Program-made: the position numbers and the translations under genes
Assembly: GCA_041690395.1 (NCBI GenBank)
Contig: JAWLHJ010000005.1
Location: 552,134-616,133, forward strand
Length of the DNA stretch: 64,000 bases
Source of the DNA: Longimicrobiales bacterium
Lineage (GTDB): Bacteria > Gemmatimonadota > Gemmatimonadetes > Longimicrobiales > Gaopeijiaceae
Reading direction: 5' to 3'
Shown: piece after piece, positions 17,831 through 27,380 of the stretch
How the letters are laid out: each line of letters opens with the position of its first letter
Numbering within the stretch: the first letter of the stretch is position 1
Notes under the pieces: generated by a model
Database searches by the model: none
Seen by the model: only the letters and a program-made list of their open reading frames with translations
Told to the model about the DNA's origin: nothing

Positions 17831-20800
17831 ATGACACGGGCTGAGGGAACGCTGTTTCGAACGGTCGCGCGCGGCGAGCCCGTGGGCAAGGCGCGCTTCG
17901 CCCGCCTCGGGGGCGTGCTCGCCCTCGCGTGCCTCCTGGTGGCGCCGTTGCTTCCCGGTGCGACCCCCGTCGCCGCGCAGCAGGCGCCACCCGACGAGTC
18001 GTGGCGCACCATAGAGACGGAGCGGGCCCGCGTGACGTTCCCCGAGCGCCTCGAGGCCCTCGGGCGCCGCGCCGCGTACCGCACGGAGATCGCCCTGGAC
18101 GCGCTGGAAGCATCGTTCCTCGCGGGCCCCGCTGGCCCCATCGACATCCTCGTCACCGACCACACGGACTTCTCCAACGGCTTCGCCCAGGTCACGCCTT
18201 CGAACCGCATCACCATCTACGCCCGGCCGCCGGTCGACGAGCCGGGCCTCGGCTACTTCGACGACTGGTTCGACCTGGTGCTCACCCACGAGATCGCCCA
18301 CGTGGTGCACCTCGACCGCACGGAGAACCCGCTCGGTCAACTCCTCCGCGCGGTGTTCGGCCGCGTGCCGACGCGCTGGCCGTTCTTTCCGGGCCACAGC
18401 ACCCCGTCGTGGGTGACCGAAGGGCTGGCCACCTGGTACGAGTCGTCGCTCACCGAGGCCGGCCGCCTGCACGGCACCTTCTTCGAGATGCAGCTCCGCA
18501 CGGCGGTCCTCGAGGGACGGTTCGAGGATGTGGGGCAGGCCTCGGGCTCGTCTCCGGTGTGGCCGGCGGGGAACCGTCCGTACGCCTACGGCTCCCTCTT
18601 CTTCGAGCACATGCTCGAGATGTACGGCGAGGACAGGATGGCTGCCTTCGCGAAAGCGATCGCCGGCCAGTGGATTCCGTACCGGATGAACGCGGCCGGC
18701 GAGAGCGCGTTCGGGGTGTCGATCTCGGATGCCTGGCGGACATGGGGAGATTCGCTCGCCGCGCGGTACGGCACGCTGGATGAGGAGCTCCGCAGGCTGG
18801 GTCCCGTCACGGAGCCGGAGATGGTCACGGCCGGCGCCCGGTGGGCGGTCGAGCCGTCCGTCGGGCCCGACGGCACGCTCGCCTATGTCCGGGCGGACGG
18901 ACGCTCCGACACGCGCGTCGCCCTGGAGCCGACCGACGGCGGTGGCCGGTCCGGCGGGATCCGCGTCAACGGGATCGCTTCCTTCGACTGGACGGCCGAC
19001 GGACGCCTCCTCGTCGGGCAGCTCGAGTACGAAGACACGCACAGGGTCTACAGCGATCTCTACCTGTTAGAGCCCGACGGAGGCAGCCGGCGGATCACCC
19101 ACGGGGCGCGTATCGCGCAACCTTCGCCGGGTCCGGACGGAGGCTGGGCGGTGGCGGTGCAGGAGGGCGGAGGCACGGGTGCGCTGGTGCGCGTCGACCT
19201 GACGGACGGCGCCGTGACGCCCCTCTCCGCCCCGGACTCGCTCGAGCACTGGGCCTATCCGTCCGTATCGCCCGACGGACGGCACGTCGCCGTCACGCGC
19301 TGGCGCTCGGGCGGCTTCCACGACGTCGTCGTGCTCGACGCGCGCACCGGCCGGGAGGTCGCGGCCCTGACCCGGGACCGGGCTCTCGACCTCGCGCCGT
19401 CGTGGAGCCCGGACGGCCGCTGGATCGTGTGGGCCTCCGACCGGACGGGCATCCTGAACGTGCTGGCTGCGCCCTTCGACGCCCGGGCCGGTACCGCGGG
19501 CGCTCCCCGGCAGCTCTCGAACGTACGGACCGGCGTGGCGTTCCCCTCGGTCGATCCGGACGGCGCGACCCTCCACCTCTCGCTCTACCGGGCGGACGGC
19601 TGGGAGGTCGGCCGCATGCCGTTCGATCCGGAGAGCGCGCCCACGGCCCCGACGGCCGCTGCCCGGTTCGAGCCCGACCAGCCATTCGTGGACGGAGCGT
19701 CGGACGCCTCGGTCCGTGACTACTCCCCGTGGCCGACGCTCCTCCCCCGTTACTGGGAGCCGCTGCTGCGGGAGGCCGTGCGCTCGCCGGCCGTCTTCGG
19801 GCCGGACCTGTTCATCCCGCGGCGGGAGCTGCTCGGCTTCGCGGTCGGCGCGCGGACGAGCGGTCAGGATCTGGTCGGCCGGCATGCGTACGACGTCTTC
19901 GGGCGGGTGTTCACGTCCGGAGGCGGTCGCTTCGACGCGGGGGCGGCCTACAGCTACCGCGGCCTCCGGAATCCGACCTTCACGCTGTCCGCGTCGCAGT
20001 ACTGGGACGACGACGGCGCGCGGCTCGGCCGGCCCGATCCGTCCGCGCCGTTCGACACGCTCTACGTGCTCGAGCGCGAGCGCTTCCTCACGGCGTCCGT
20101 GACCGCCGTGGTCCCCTCCTGGCGACGGAACCTGCGGCTCACGCTCTCGGGCTCCCTCGTGGACCAGGACCGGGAACTGCTGGACAACACCCTGCGGCCC
20201 TCGGCCACGTACGGGTTGACCCGGCCCAGCGCCCGTCTGGGTGACGTCCGCGCCACCGTCTCGTTCTCGACGGCCCGCTCCTATGCCTTCCAGATCGGCG
20301 GCTCGAAGGGGCTCGACCTCTACCTGAGCGGCCGAACCCGCCGGGAGCTCGCGCTGCCCGACTCGTTGGCCGGCGTGGTCGGCGAGGACCGCGCGCTCGA
20401 CGATCTCGTCGGGCGGCTGCGCACCTATGTGCCTCTCGGTGGGCCCGGGCACGCGCCGCACGTGCTGGCCTTCCAGCTCGCCGGCGGGGTCGCGCGGGGA
20501 CCGGACGCCCCGGGCGGACACTTCGAGGTGGGCGGCGCCTCCGGACGGCCGGAGACGGTGACGGGGCTCGCCCTGTTCGGCGGCTCTCCCGTGTTCTTCC
20601 CGACGCGCGGCTACGCCTCCGGCGCCCGGCAGGGTCGCATCGCCTGGTCGGCCTCCGGCGAATACCGATTCCCGCTGCGTCTGGTGCACCGCGGCCTCGG
20701 TGCGTGGCCGCTCTACCTGGGCCGCATGACGGGCGCGCTCTTCGCCGAAGGCGGGGACGCCTGGGATCCCGGGACCACGGAGGGCTTCTTCGACTCCGGT

Positions 20801-20950
20801 CGGCGCCCCATGGTCTCCGCCGGCGGTGAGATCGCTGCCGAGATCATCGCCCTCTACGACTTCTCGCTCCTCACCCGCCTCGGGCTGGCCGTTCCGCTCG
20901 TCGACGGGGCCGATCCGCAGCTCTACGTCCGCCTCGGCATCCCTTTCTGA
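17831..20950 (+). CDS. Outer-membrane protein: HEXXH metallopeptidase-like domain + TolB/PD40 beta-propeller + Omp85-like barrel
   Basis: Signal peptide (..PVAA-QQ); THEIAH...WVTEGLA; repeated PSVSPDG/PSWSPDG; RGY...ASGEYRFPL; C-terminal YVRLGIPF. The start may be the GTG near 17882. Confidence 0.8.
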   Translation: MTRAEGTLFRTVARGEPVGKARFARLGGVLALACLLVAPLLPGATPVAAQQAPPDESWRTIETERARVTFPERLEALGRRAAYRTEIALDALEASFLAGPAGPIDILVTDHTDFSNGFAQVTPSNRITIYARPPVDEPGLGYFDDWFDLVLTHEIAHVVHLDRTENPLGQLLRAVFGRVPTRWPFFPGHSTPSWVTEGLATWYESSLTEAGRLHGTFFEMQLRTAVLEGRFEDVGQASGSSPVWPAGNRPYAYGSLFFEHMLEMYGEDRMAAFAKAIAGQWIPYRMNAAGESAFGVSISDAWRTWGDSLAARYGTLDEELRRLGPVTEPEMVTAGARWAVEPSVGPDGTLAYVRADGRSDTRVALEPTDGGGRSGGIRVNGIASFDWTADGRLLVGQLEYEDTHRVYSDLYLLEPDGGSRRITHGARIAQPSPGPDGGWAVAVQEGGGTGALVRVDLTDGAVTPLSAPDSLEHWAYPSVSPDGRHVAVTRWRSGGFHDVVVLDARTGREVAALTRDRALDLAPSWSPDGRWIVWASDRTGILNVLAAPFDARAGTAGAPRQLSNVRTGVAFPSVDPDGATLHLSLYRADGWEVGRMPFDPESAPTAPTAAARFEPDQPFVDGASDASVRDYSPWPTLLPRYWEPLLREAVRSPAVFGPDLFIPRRELLGFAVGARTSGQDLVGRHAYDVFGRVFTSGGGRFDAGAAYSYRGLRNPTFTLSASQYWDDDGARLGRPDPSAPFDTLYVLERERFLTASVTAVVPSWRRNLRLTLSGSLVDQDRELLDNTLRPSATYGLTRPSARLGDVRATVSFSTARSYAFQIGGSKGLDLYLSGRTRRELALPDSLAGVVGEDRALDDLVGRLRTYVPLGGPGHAPHVLAFQLAGGVARGPDAPGGHFEVGGASGRPETVTGLALFGGSPVFFPTRGYASGARQGRIAWSASGEYRFPLRLVHRGLGAWPLYLGRMTGALFAEGGDAWDPGTTEGFFDSGRRPMVSAGGEIAAEIIALYDFSLLTRLGLAVPLVDGADPQLYVRLGIPF

Positions 20951-21150
20951 GGGCGGCCGGTTCCGGTCCGCCTCGGTCTCCCCTCGGGCAGGCTACCCCG
21001 CCCGAAGGGAACCGAACGGAAGCCGAAGGTGTAGGGTGAAAAATGCCCATCGGCGCCCGCGACCATCATCGGCGAGGTGAGCCGCGCGGCCTAATCCCCT
21101 ACGTGAAGCGGCTTTCCGGAGCAGGCCGGAAAACGGCGTCGGAATCTTGC

Positions 21151-21179
21151 TTGACCACAACATATTGGGGTCCTATAGT
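21151..21179 (+). promoter_or_regulatory. sigma70-type promoter for nrdJ
   Basis: TTGACC (21151-21156), 17-bp spacer, TATAGT (21174-21179). Confidence 0.8.
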
Positions 21180-21201
21180 GCCTCCACCCAATATCCGGTA
21201 C
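21155..21201. promoter_or_regulatory. Tandem NrdR boxes
   Basis: CCACAACATATTGGGG (21155-21170) and ACCCAATATCCGGTAC (21186-21201) fit acaCwAtATaTwGtgt, are 31 bp apart, and overlap the promoter of an RNR gene. Confidence 0.8.
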
Positions 21202-21325
21202 GGTCCTCGGGGGCCTTTCCACAAGTAAATCCACGGCGGGAGCCGCTTCCCGCCGTTTTTCGACTCCGTATCCAGCGTTTTCCACGTAGTTTTTCCACGT
21301 ACCGCCCGCAGGAGGGCCGCCCACC

Positions 21326-23872
21326 ATGCCCCGACTCCACACTCCGCGCCCCGCCCGGGAGCCCGTCCTCTTCGACGACGTCCTTCCTGATGACCTTCCG
21401 CCGGCCGAGCTCACGGAGAACGCCCGGATCGTCCTCGGCAAGCGATATCTGAAGAAGGATCCCGAGGGGACCCCGACGGAGGAGCCGGAGGTCATGTTCT
21501 GGCGGGTGGCGCGCACCATCGCGGCGGTGGACGCCGATTACGGTGCGTCGGAGGCGGCGGTGGACGAGGTCGCGCGGCAGTTCTACGACCTCATGATCAA
21601 CGGGAAGTTCGAGCCGAACTCCCCGACGCTCATGAACGCGGGCCGGCCCCTCGGCCAGCTCTCGGCGTGCTTCGTGCTTCCCGTGGACGACGCGATCTCC
21701 AACGGCAAGAGCGGTATCTACGACACGCTGCGTTCCATGGCGCTCGTCCATCAGTCCGGCGGCGGTACGGGCTTCTCGTTCTCGCGGCTGCGTCCGGAGG
21801 GCGAGAACGTCCGCTCCACCATGGGCGTGGCCTCCGGACCCGTCTCGTTCATGAGGCTCTACGACGCCAGCACCGACGTCGTGAAGCAGGGCGGCACGCG
21901 GCGCGGCGCGAACATGGGCATCCTTCGGGTGGACCACCCGGACATCCGCACCTTCATCGCGTGCAAGAACGACACGACGCAGATCACGAACTTCAACATC
22001 TCCGTGGCGATCACCGACGCGTTCATGGACGCGGTGGCGAACGACGAGAGCTACGACCTCGTCAACCCGAAGACGGGCGAGGTCGTGGGCCAGGACAATG
22101 CCCGCGAGATCTTCGACCTGATCGTGCGCGGGGCGTGGCTCACCGGTGAGCCCGGCACCTTCTTCGTCGACCGCGCGAACGAGTTCAACCCGGTGCCGCA
22201 CCTCGGCGCGTACGAGGCCACGAACCCGTGCGGCGAGCAGCCGCTCCTGCCGTACGACGTGTGCAACCTCGGGAGCGTGAACCTCGGCCTGTTCGTGAAG
22301 GACGACGCCGGCATCGGCACCGACCCCGACGAGGGGATCGACTGGGAGGCGCTTCGTCAGGTGGTGCATCTGTCGACGCACTTCCTCGACAACGTCATCG
22401 ATGCGAACCAGTACCCGCTTCCCGAGATCCACGACCTGGCCCAGCGCATCCGCCGCATCGGGCTCGGGGTCATGGGATGGGCCGACATGCTCGTCCGCCT
22501 CGGCATCCCGTACGACTCGCCCGAGGGCGTGGCGCTCGGCCGCAAAGTCATGGGCTTCCTGAACGAGGAAGCGCGCGTGGCGTCCGAGAAGCTCGCCGAG
22601 ACGCGAGGCGTCTTCACCGAGTGGGAGCAGTCGATCTGGGGTCCGGACGAGACCGCCGCCCGCGCCGCTGACGGCACCCGTATCCGTGCCGAGCGCCCGC
22701 TCCGGAACTGCAACCTGACCACCGTCGCGCCGACCGGGACCATCTCCATCTTCGCCGGCTGCTCCGGCGGCATCGAGCCGCTCTTCGCGGTGGCGTTCAT
22801 GCGGAACCAGGCGGGCTCGCTCATGCCCGACGTGAACCCGGACTTCGTGCGCATGGCGAAGGAGGGCGGCTGGTACTCCGACGACCTCATGGAGCGGATC
22901 GCCCAGGAGGGGCACATCCACTTCGACGAGGTCCCGGAGGATGTCCAGCGGACCTTCCGCACCGCGCACGACATCACGCCCGAGTGGCACGTGCGCATGC
23001 AGGCGGCCTTCCAGGAGCATTGCGACTCCGCCATCTCCAAGACGACGAACTTCCCTCGCGAGGCGACCGAGGAGCAGGTGCGCGAGATCTACGAGCTCGC
23101 GTTCAGCCTCGGCTGCAAGGGCGTCACGGTGTACCGCGACGGCTCCCGGGACGGCCAGGTGCTGTCCACCGGCAAGACGAGCAAGAAGGAGGTTCCGGCC
23201 GAGGTCACCGCGAACATCTCGGAGCTCGAGCACCAGCTCGCCGATGCCCGCGAGGAGGCGCACAACCTGCGGCACGAGAACGAGCGGATCCGCGCCGAGC
23301 TGCGCGAGCACGACCTGACGGCCGGCGCGGCCCGCCAGAAGCGTCAGCGGCCCGAGGCGCTCCGCGGCTACACCATGAAGATGATCTCACCGCTCGGCGA
23401 TCTGTACGTGACGATCAACGAGGACCAGAGCGGCCGGCCGTTCGAGGTGTTCTGCACGCTCGGTAAGGCCGGTGGACCGGCCATGGCCGACGCCGAGGCG
23501 ATCGGGCGTCTGATCTCGCTCGGCCTCCGCTCGGGCATCCCGATCCGCCAGGTGAAGGACCAGCTCCGCGGCATCTCCTGCGACCGCGCCGTAGGCCTCG
23601 GCCCGAACAAGGTGCTCTCCGCGCCGGACGCGATCGGCCAGGCGATCGAGCGGTACCTCGAGGAGAAGGAAGGCGTCCAGGAGGCGCTGGCGCTGGGTGT
23701 GCCGGTGAGCGGGAGCTCGACCGCCGGCACGCAGTCCGAGGCGTCGAGGGCGTCCTACACGGAGCCCGAGCTCTTCGACATGGGCGCCTGCCCGGAGTGC
23801 GGCTCGGGTCAGCTCGCATTCGAGGAAGGGTGCAAGAAGTGCCACGTGTGCGGGTACAGCGAGTGCGGCTGA
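21326..23872 (+). CDS. nrdJ: Adenosylcobalamin-dependent (class II) ribonucleotide reductase with C-terminal TSCPD-like domain and Zn ribbon
   Basis: PNSPTLMNAG, LSACFV, GGGTG, GGTRRGANM, TNPCGEQ, CNLGS, APTGTIS, SAISKTTN, KGVTVYRDGSR; C-terminal CPEC...EGCKKC..CGYSECG. Confidence 0.95.
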   Translation: MPRLHTPRPAREPVLFDDVLPDDLPPAELTENARIVLGKRYLKKDPEGTPTEEPEVMFWRVARTIAAVDADYGASEAAVDEVARQFYDLMINGKFEPNSPTLMNAGRPLGQLSACFVLPVDDAISNGKSGIYDTLRSMALVHQSGGGTGFSFSRLRPEGENVRSTMGVASGPVSFMRLYDASTDVVKQGGTRRGANMGILRVDHPDIRTFIACKNDTTQITNFNISVAITDAFMDAVANDESYDLVNPKTGEVVGQDNAREIFDLIVRGAWLTGEPGTFFVDRANEFNPVPHLGAYEATNPCGEQPLLPYDVCNLGSVNLGLFVKDDAGIGTDPDEGIDWEALRQVVHLSTHFLDNVIDANQYPLPEIHDLAQRIRRIGLGVMGWADMLVRLGIPYDSPEGVALGRKVMGFLNEEARVASEKLAETRGVFTEWEQSIWGPDETAARAADGTRIRAERPLRNCNLTTVAPTGTISIFAGCSGGIEPLFAVAFMRNQAGSLMPDVNPDFVRMAKEGGWYSDDLMERIAQEGHIHFDEVPEDVQRTFRTAHDITPEWHVRMQAAFQEHCDSAISKTTNFPREATEEQVREIYELAFSLGCKGVTVYRDGSRDGQVLSTGKTSKKEVPAEVTANISELEHQLADAREEAHNLRHENERIRAELREHDLTAGAARQKRQRPEALRGYTMKMISPLGDLYVTINEDQSGRPFEVFCTLGKAGGPAMADAEAIGRLISLGLRSGIPIRQVKDQLRGISCDRAVGLGPNKVLSAPDAIGQAIERYLEEKEGVQEALALGVPVSGSSTAGTQSEASRASYTEPELFDMGACPECGSGQLAFEEGCKKCHVCGYSECG

Positions 23873-23955
23873 GGGGTTGACTCCCTCGCCCCCGTCCGGG
23901 GGTACGGGTCGGTCACGGCGGGCGGCTAGCGCGGCACGGCCGGCCGGGTAGCCAG

Positions 23956-23990
23956 GAAGGGCGGCGCCTCCAGATGGGGCGCCGCCCTTC
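23956..23990. terminator. Strong hairpin between convergent nrdJ and the VOC gene
   Basis: GAAGGGCGGCGCCTC / GGGGCGCCGCCCTTC, ~15-bp stem; no long U-tract. Confidence 0.55.
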
Positions 23991-24004
23991 GTCGTGGGTG
24001 CGGG

Positions 24005-24424
24005 TCAGTACACCGCCCACACCCCGGGCGTCGCCAACTCCACCGAGTGACCGTCGGGGTCGCGGAGGTAGAGGCTGGTCCCGCCGCGACCCCACCGGAC
24101 CTCGCTCTCGATCTCGACGCCCTCGTCACCGAGGTGCGCCCGCCACGCGTCCAGGTCCTCCGTGCGGATCGCCAGCGCGAAGTGGGTCTCGCCGCGTCCG
24201 CCGTGGGGCGGGATCCAGCCGCCATCGAAGCGCGACCCGTCGTCTTCGGTGGCGCCCCGGCGGAACAGGAGCAGCACCGTCCCGCCCCCCGCGTCCATGG
24301 GAATCAGGCGATCGCCCTCGGCCAGGCGCTCCAGACCCAGCACGCGCTGGTAGAACGCGGCCGAGCGCTCGACGTCCTCCACGTAGAGCGCGCTCTCCAC
24401 GATGCGACGGACGGGCGGGGTCAA
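24005..24424 (-). CDS. VOC (glyoxalase/bleomycin resistance) family protein
   Basis: ESALYVEDVERSAAFY..VLGL, HFAL, SLYLRDPDGHSVEL. Confidence 0.9.
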   Translation of the reverse strand: MTPPVRRIVESALYVEDVERSAAFYQRVLGLERLAEGDRLIPMDAGGGTVLLLFRRGATEDDGSRFDGGWIPPHGGRGETHFALAIRTEDLDAWRAHLGDEGVEIESEVRWGRGGTSLYLRDPDGHSVELATPGVWAVY

Positions 24425-24468
24425 CGGGTGACTCCGCGGCGCGGCTCCGACATCACGCGGTCACCGGC

Positions 24469-25422
24469 TCACGACCCCGACGGCACGTCGAACCGGACGA
24501 ACATGCCCTTGCCGGCGGCCCCCGGGACCTCCGCGACCCACGCGTGCGGCCCGGCCTCGAAGTCGACGGTGAAATACCCGGTCGAGCCGGCGGGCATCTC
24601 GTTCGTGCCGCCGAGGAACGGGGCGGGGGCCGGGGTCTCGAGGCCGCCCGGCCTGGTCCAGTCCATCCATGTCTCCACCTGCTCCGTCGAGACCCCGTCG
24701 GTGAGGCTCACGACGTGCACGTCGTGGCCGACGAAGTTCTCGTGCACGGTCTGGTCTGCGAAGTCCACTGCGACGGTCCGTCGCCCGGGCGTGATCCGAC
24801 CGTCGACCGTGATCCCGGTCTCCGACGAGATCGTGATCCGGACGTCGGCGGTCGGCTCCGGGGCGTCCGTCGTGGGGCCGGCGACGACGAACTCGTGCAC
24901 CATGCCGACGCCCTCGGGATTGAAGGAGTGGAAGCGGCCGTCGGTCTTCACGTAGCACTCGAGCAGGTAGGTGCCGGGCTCGAGATGGACGGTGGCCTCG
25001 CTCGTCCGCCCCGGCGAGGTCATGCCGGGGCCGCCCATGAAGACGACCTCTCCGAACCAGGGTGGAAGCGTGCCGAAGGCCGCCATCGCGGCGTCGGCGT
25101 CACCGGCGGCGAGCAGGTCGTACCCCTCCTGGAAGACGGGCGCGATCTCCTCCTGTTGGGATGCCAGGCCACGCCCCTCGGGAAGTCGTTGCACGACCGC
25201 GAAGTGAGCCATGGGCGACGTGTTGACGAAGCTGAAGGTCGTCCATCCGGGCGGCACCGTGTCGGGCGCGATCAGGGTGAGGTCGCGGGCGATCACCTCG
25301 ACCACGCCTGGTGTGGGTACGGCTGTGATCTCCGCGGCATCCGTCGAAGCCTCCTCGTCCGTCGGTCCGCAGGCCGTGGCCACAACGCAGAGCACGAGCC
25401 ACACGCTCCGGGTGTTCATCAC
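24469..25422 (-). CDS. Lipoprotein with two cupredoxin-like domains
   Basis: Lipobox ATAC; domain 1 has H(FAVV)...LEPGTYLLEC-x7-H-x8-M; domain 2 is a degenerate repeat ending GKGMF. Confidence 0.6.
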   Translation of the reverse strand: MMNTRSVWLVLCVVATACGPTDEEASTDAAEITAVPTPGVVEVIARDLTLIAPDTVPPGWTTFSFVNTSPMAHFAVVQRLPEGRGLASQQEEIAPVFQEGYDLLAAGDADAAMAAFGTLPPWFGEVVFMGGPGMTSPGRTSEATVHLEPGTYLLECYVKTDGRFHSFNPEGVGMVHEFVVAGPTTDAPEPTADVRITISSETGITVDGRITPGRRTVAVDFADQTVHENFVGHDVHVVSLTDGVSTEQVETWMDWTRPGGLETPAPAPFLGGTNEMPAGSTGYFTVDFEAGPHAWVAEVPGAAGKGMFVRFDVPSGS

Positions 25423-25529
25423 GATGGCATCCTCTGGAAATGGGGCGTTGTCCCCAAGGGAGGGGGGCGACTCGGCCGCGGCAACCCCTCGGGACCGTTC
25501 CCGGCGCTCCGCGGTATGACGGCGCGCTC

Positions 25530-26363
25530 ATGAATCGATCGATTTCCACCGTGTGGCTCGCGCTCGGGCTCTTCGCGACGCTGGTCGTCCCGCTCCGGGC
25601 CCAGAATTCGTCCGGGATGGACGGCTCGGGTCCGGCCGACCTCGTGCGGTCCGCGCCGCTGCGGGCGCTGAGTCCCGTGAACCGGGCCGATGCCCTCTAC
25701 TTCGACGGGGACCCACGCGCCTCGTTCGTCCTTCTCGACGAGTACCTGAAGGTCGAGCCCGACGACTACGAGGTGCTCTGGCGCGCGGCGCGCGCCGCGG
25801 TGCTCCTCGGCGTTTCGGAGGAAGGCTCGCGGCTCCAGAATCGGTGGCTCGACCCCGCGATGGACTTCGGCGACCGCGCGGTGGCCATTCGGCCGGACGG
25901 CATCGACGGCCTGTACTGGCGGGGGGCCGCGCACGGGCGGCGCGCCATGAACGCCTCACCCGGGTACGCGACCGAGCTCGCCCAGCAGATCTACGACGAC
26001 GCCCACGCGATCCTCGAGATCGACTCCCTCCACGGCGGCGCGCATAATCTGCTTGGCAAGCTCAACTACGAGGTGATGAGCCTGTCCCGCTTCGAGCGTG
26101 CGGTCGGGCGTCTGTTCATGGGGAACGAGGCGCTCTCGAGCGCGAGCTGGGAGCTGGCCGAGAAGCATCTCGAGGCGGCGGCCCGGGCATGGCCCGACCT
26201 CGTGCTCTTCCAGTTCGATCTGGCCCAGCTCTACCGGAAGCGCGGCCGGGACGACGAAGCGGTCGAGGTCTATCGCCGGGTCCTCGAGCTTCCGGCCGTG
26301 CATCCCACGGATGTGGACCTACAGGCCCAGGCGAGGGAAGCGCTCGGGGAGCTCGACTCGTGA
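25530..26363 (+). CDS. Exported TPR-like protein
   Basis: Signal peptide ..PLRA-Q; helical repeats (YEVLWRAARA, AHNLLG, LAQLY..G...A...Y). Confidence 0.75.
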   Translation: MNRSISTVWLALGLFATLVVPLRAQNSSGMDGSGPADLVRSAPLRALSPVNRADALYFDGDPRASFVLLDEYLKVEPDDYEVLWRAARAAVLLGVSEEGSRLQNRWLDPAMDFGDRAVAIRPDGIDGLYWRGAAHGRRAMNASPGYATELAQQIYDDAHAILEIDSLHGGAHNLLGKLNYEVMSLSRFERAVGRLFMGNEALSSASWELAEKHLEAAARAWPDLVLFQFDLAQLYRKRGRDDEAVEVYRRVLELPAVHPTDVDLQAQAREALGELDS

Positions 26364-26378
26364 CGGCGGCTCCAGCGG

Positions 26379-27380
26379 ATGCCTGAAGGGATGGGCGGGC
26401 CCCGGCGACGGGCGCGGTCCGTGCGGTGGGAGCGCTCGCCTCGGAGGACGCAGGCGCCCCGGAGGGCACTGGCTTCGGCTGTCCTGCTCTTCGCCCTCGG
26501 GTGCTCCGACGCCCCCATCGGTCCCACGCCTGGCAGCCCGGAGTTCCAGGGCGCTTCGGCCATGGCGCTCGTGGAGCGGCAGGTCGCGTTCGGGCCTCGC
26601 GTTCCGGGAACCGACGGGCACGCCGCCCAGCTCGGGTGGATGATCGCCCGCCTCGACTCGCTCGCACCCGAGGTCGTCGCCGACACCTTCGACGTGGTGA
26701 CGACGCAGGGAGACTCACTCACCCTCACGAACGTGCAGGCACGCTTCCGCCCGGAGGCCACGCGGCGAATCCTGCTACTCGCCCACTGGGACACCCGGCC
26801 CCGCTCGGACCAGGCGGCCGACAGCGCTCTGCACGACACCCCCGTTCCCGGCGCCAACGACGGAGGGTCGGGCACCGCGGTGCTGCTGCATCTTGCCGAG
26901 CTCCTGGCCGAGGTGGCTCCACCCATGGGCGTCGACCTCCTGTTCGTGGACGGGGAGGACTACGGCCCCGGACCGGAGGACATGTTCCTCGGAGCCAGGC
27001 GCTACGCCGACCGCCTCGCCGCGCGCGACGACCGCCCCGTGTACGGGGTGCTCCTCGACATGGTCGGCGACGCCGACCCGCTCTTCCCGGTGGAAGGCTT
27101 CTCGGCGCAGTACGCCTCGGTCGTGGTCCGCAAGGTCTGGGACGCTGCCGAGCGGCTAGGCCATGCGGCCGCCTTCCCACGTCGGGTGGGTCAGTCCATC
27201 AACGACGACCACGTGCCTCTCATCGAGGCCGGCCTGCCCACCGCCAACGTGATCGACTTCGCCTACGGCCCCGGTCACGCCTACTGGCACACCCCCGACG
27301 ACGTGCCGGAGCACGTGAGCGCGCGTACCCTGGGGATGGTCGGTGAGGTCGTGACCGAGCTGATCTACTCGGGCGGGTAG
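26379..27380 (+). CDS. M28 family peptidase / glutaminyl cyclase-like lipoprotein
   Basis: Lipobox FALG-C; QVAFGPRVPG, LLAHWDTRP, GANDGGSG, DGEDYG, LLDMVG, DDH.P, YWHT..D. Confidence 0.85.
   Translation: MPEGMGGPRRRARSVRWERSPRRTQAPRRALASAVLLFALGCSDAPIGPTPGSPEFQGASAMALVERQVAFGPRVPGTDGHAAQLGWMIARLDSLAPEVVADTFDVVTTQGDSLTLTNVQARFRPEATRRILLLAHWDTRPRSDQAADSALHDTPVPGANDGGSGTAVLLHLAELLAEVAPPMGVDLLFVDGEDYGPGPEDMFLGARRYADRLAARDDRPVYGVLLDMVGDADPLFPVEGFSAQYASVVVRKVWDAAERLGHAAAFPRRVGQSINDDHVPLIEAGLPTANVIDFAYGPGHAYWHTPDDVPEHVSARTLGMVGEVVTELIYSGG

Noticed and set aside
20951..21325. Cobalamin riboswitch upstream of the B12-dependent RNR
   Set aside because: No recognisable B12-box or core motifs seen; the region is explained by the promoter, NrdR boxes and a short hairpin.
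21326..23872. Intein or intron in nrdJ
   Set aside because: Catalytic motifs (TNPCGEQ, CNLGS) are contiguous and the length is normal.
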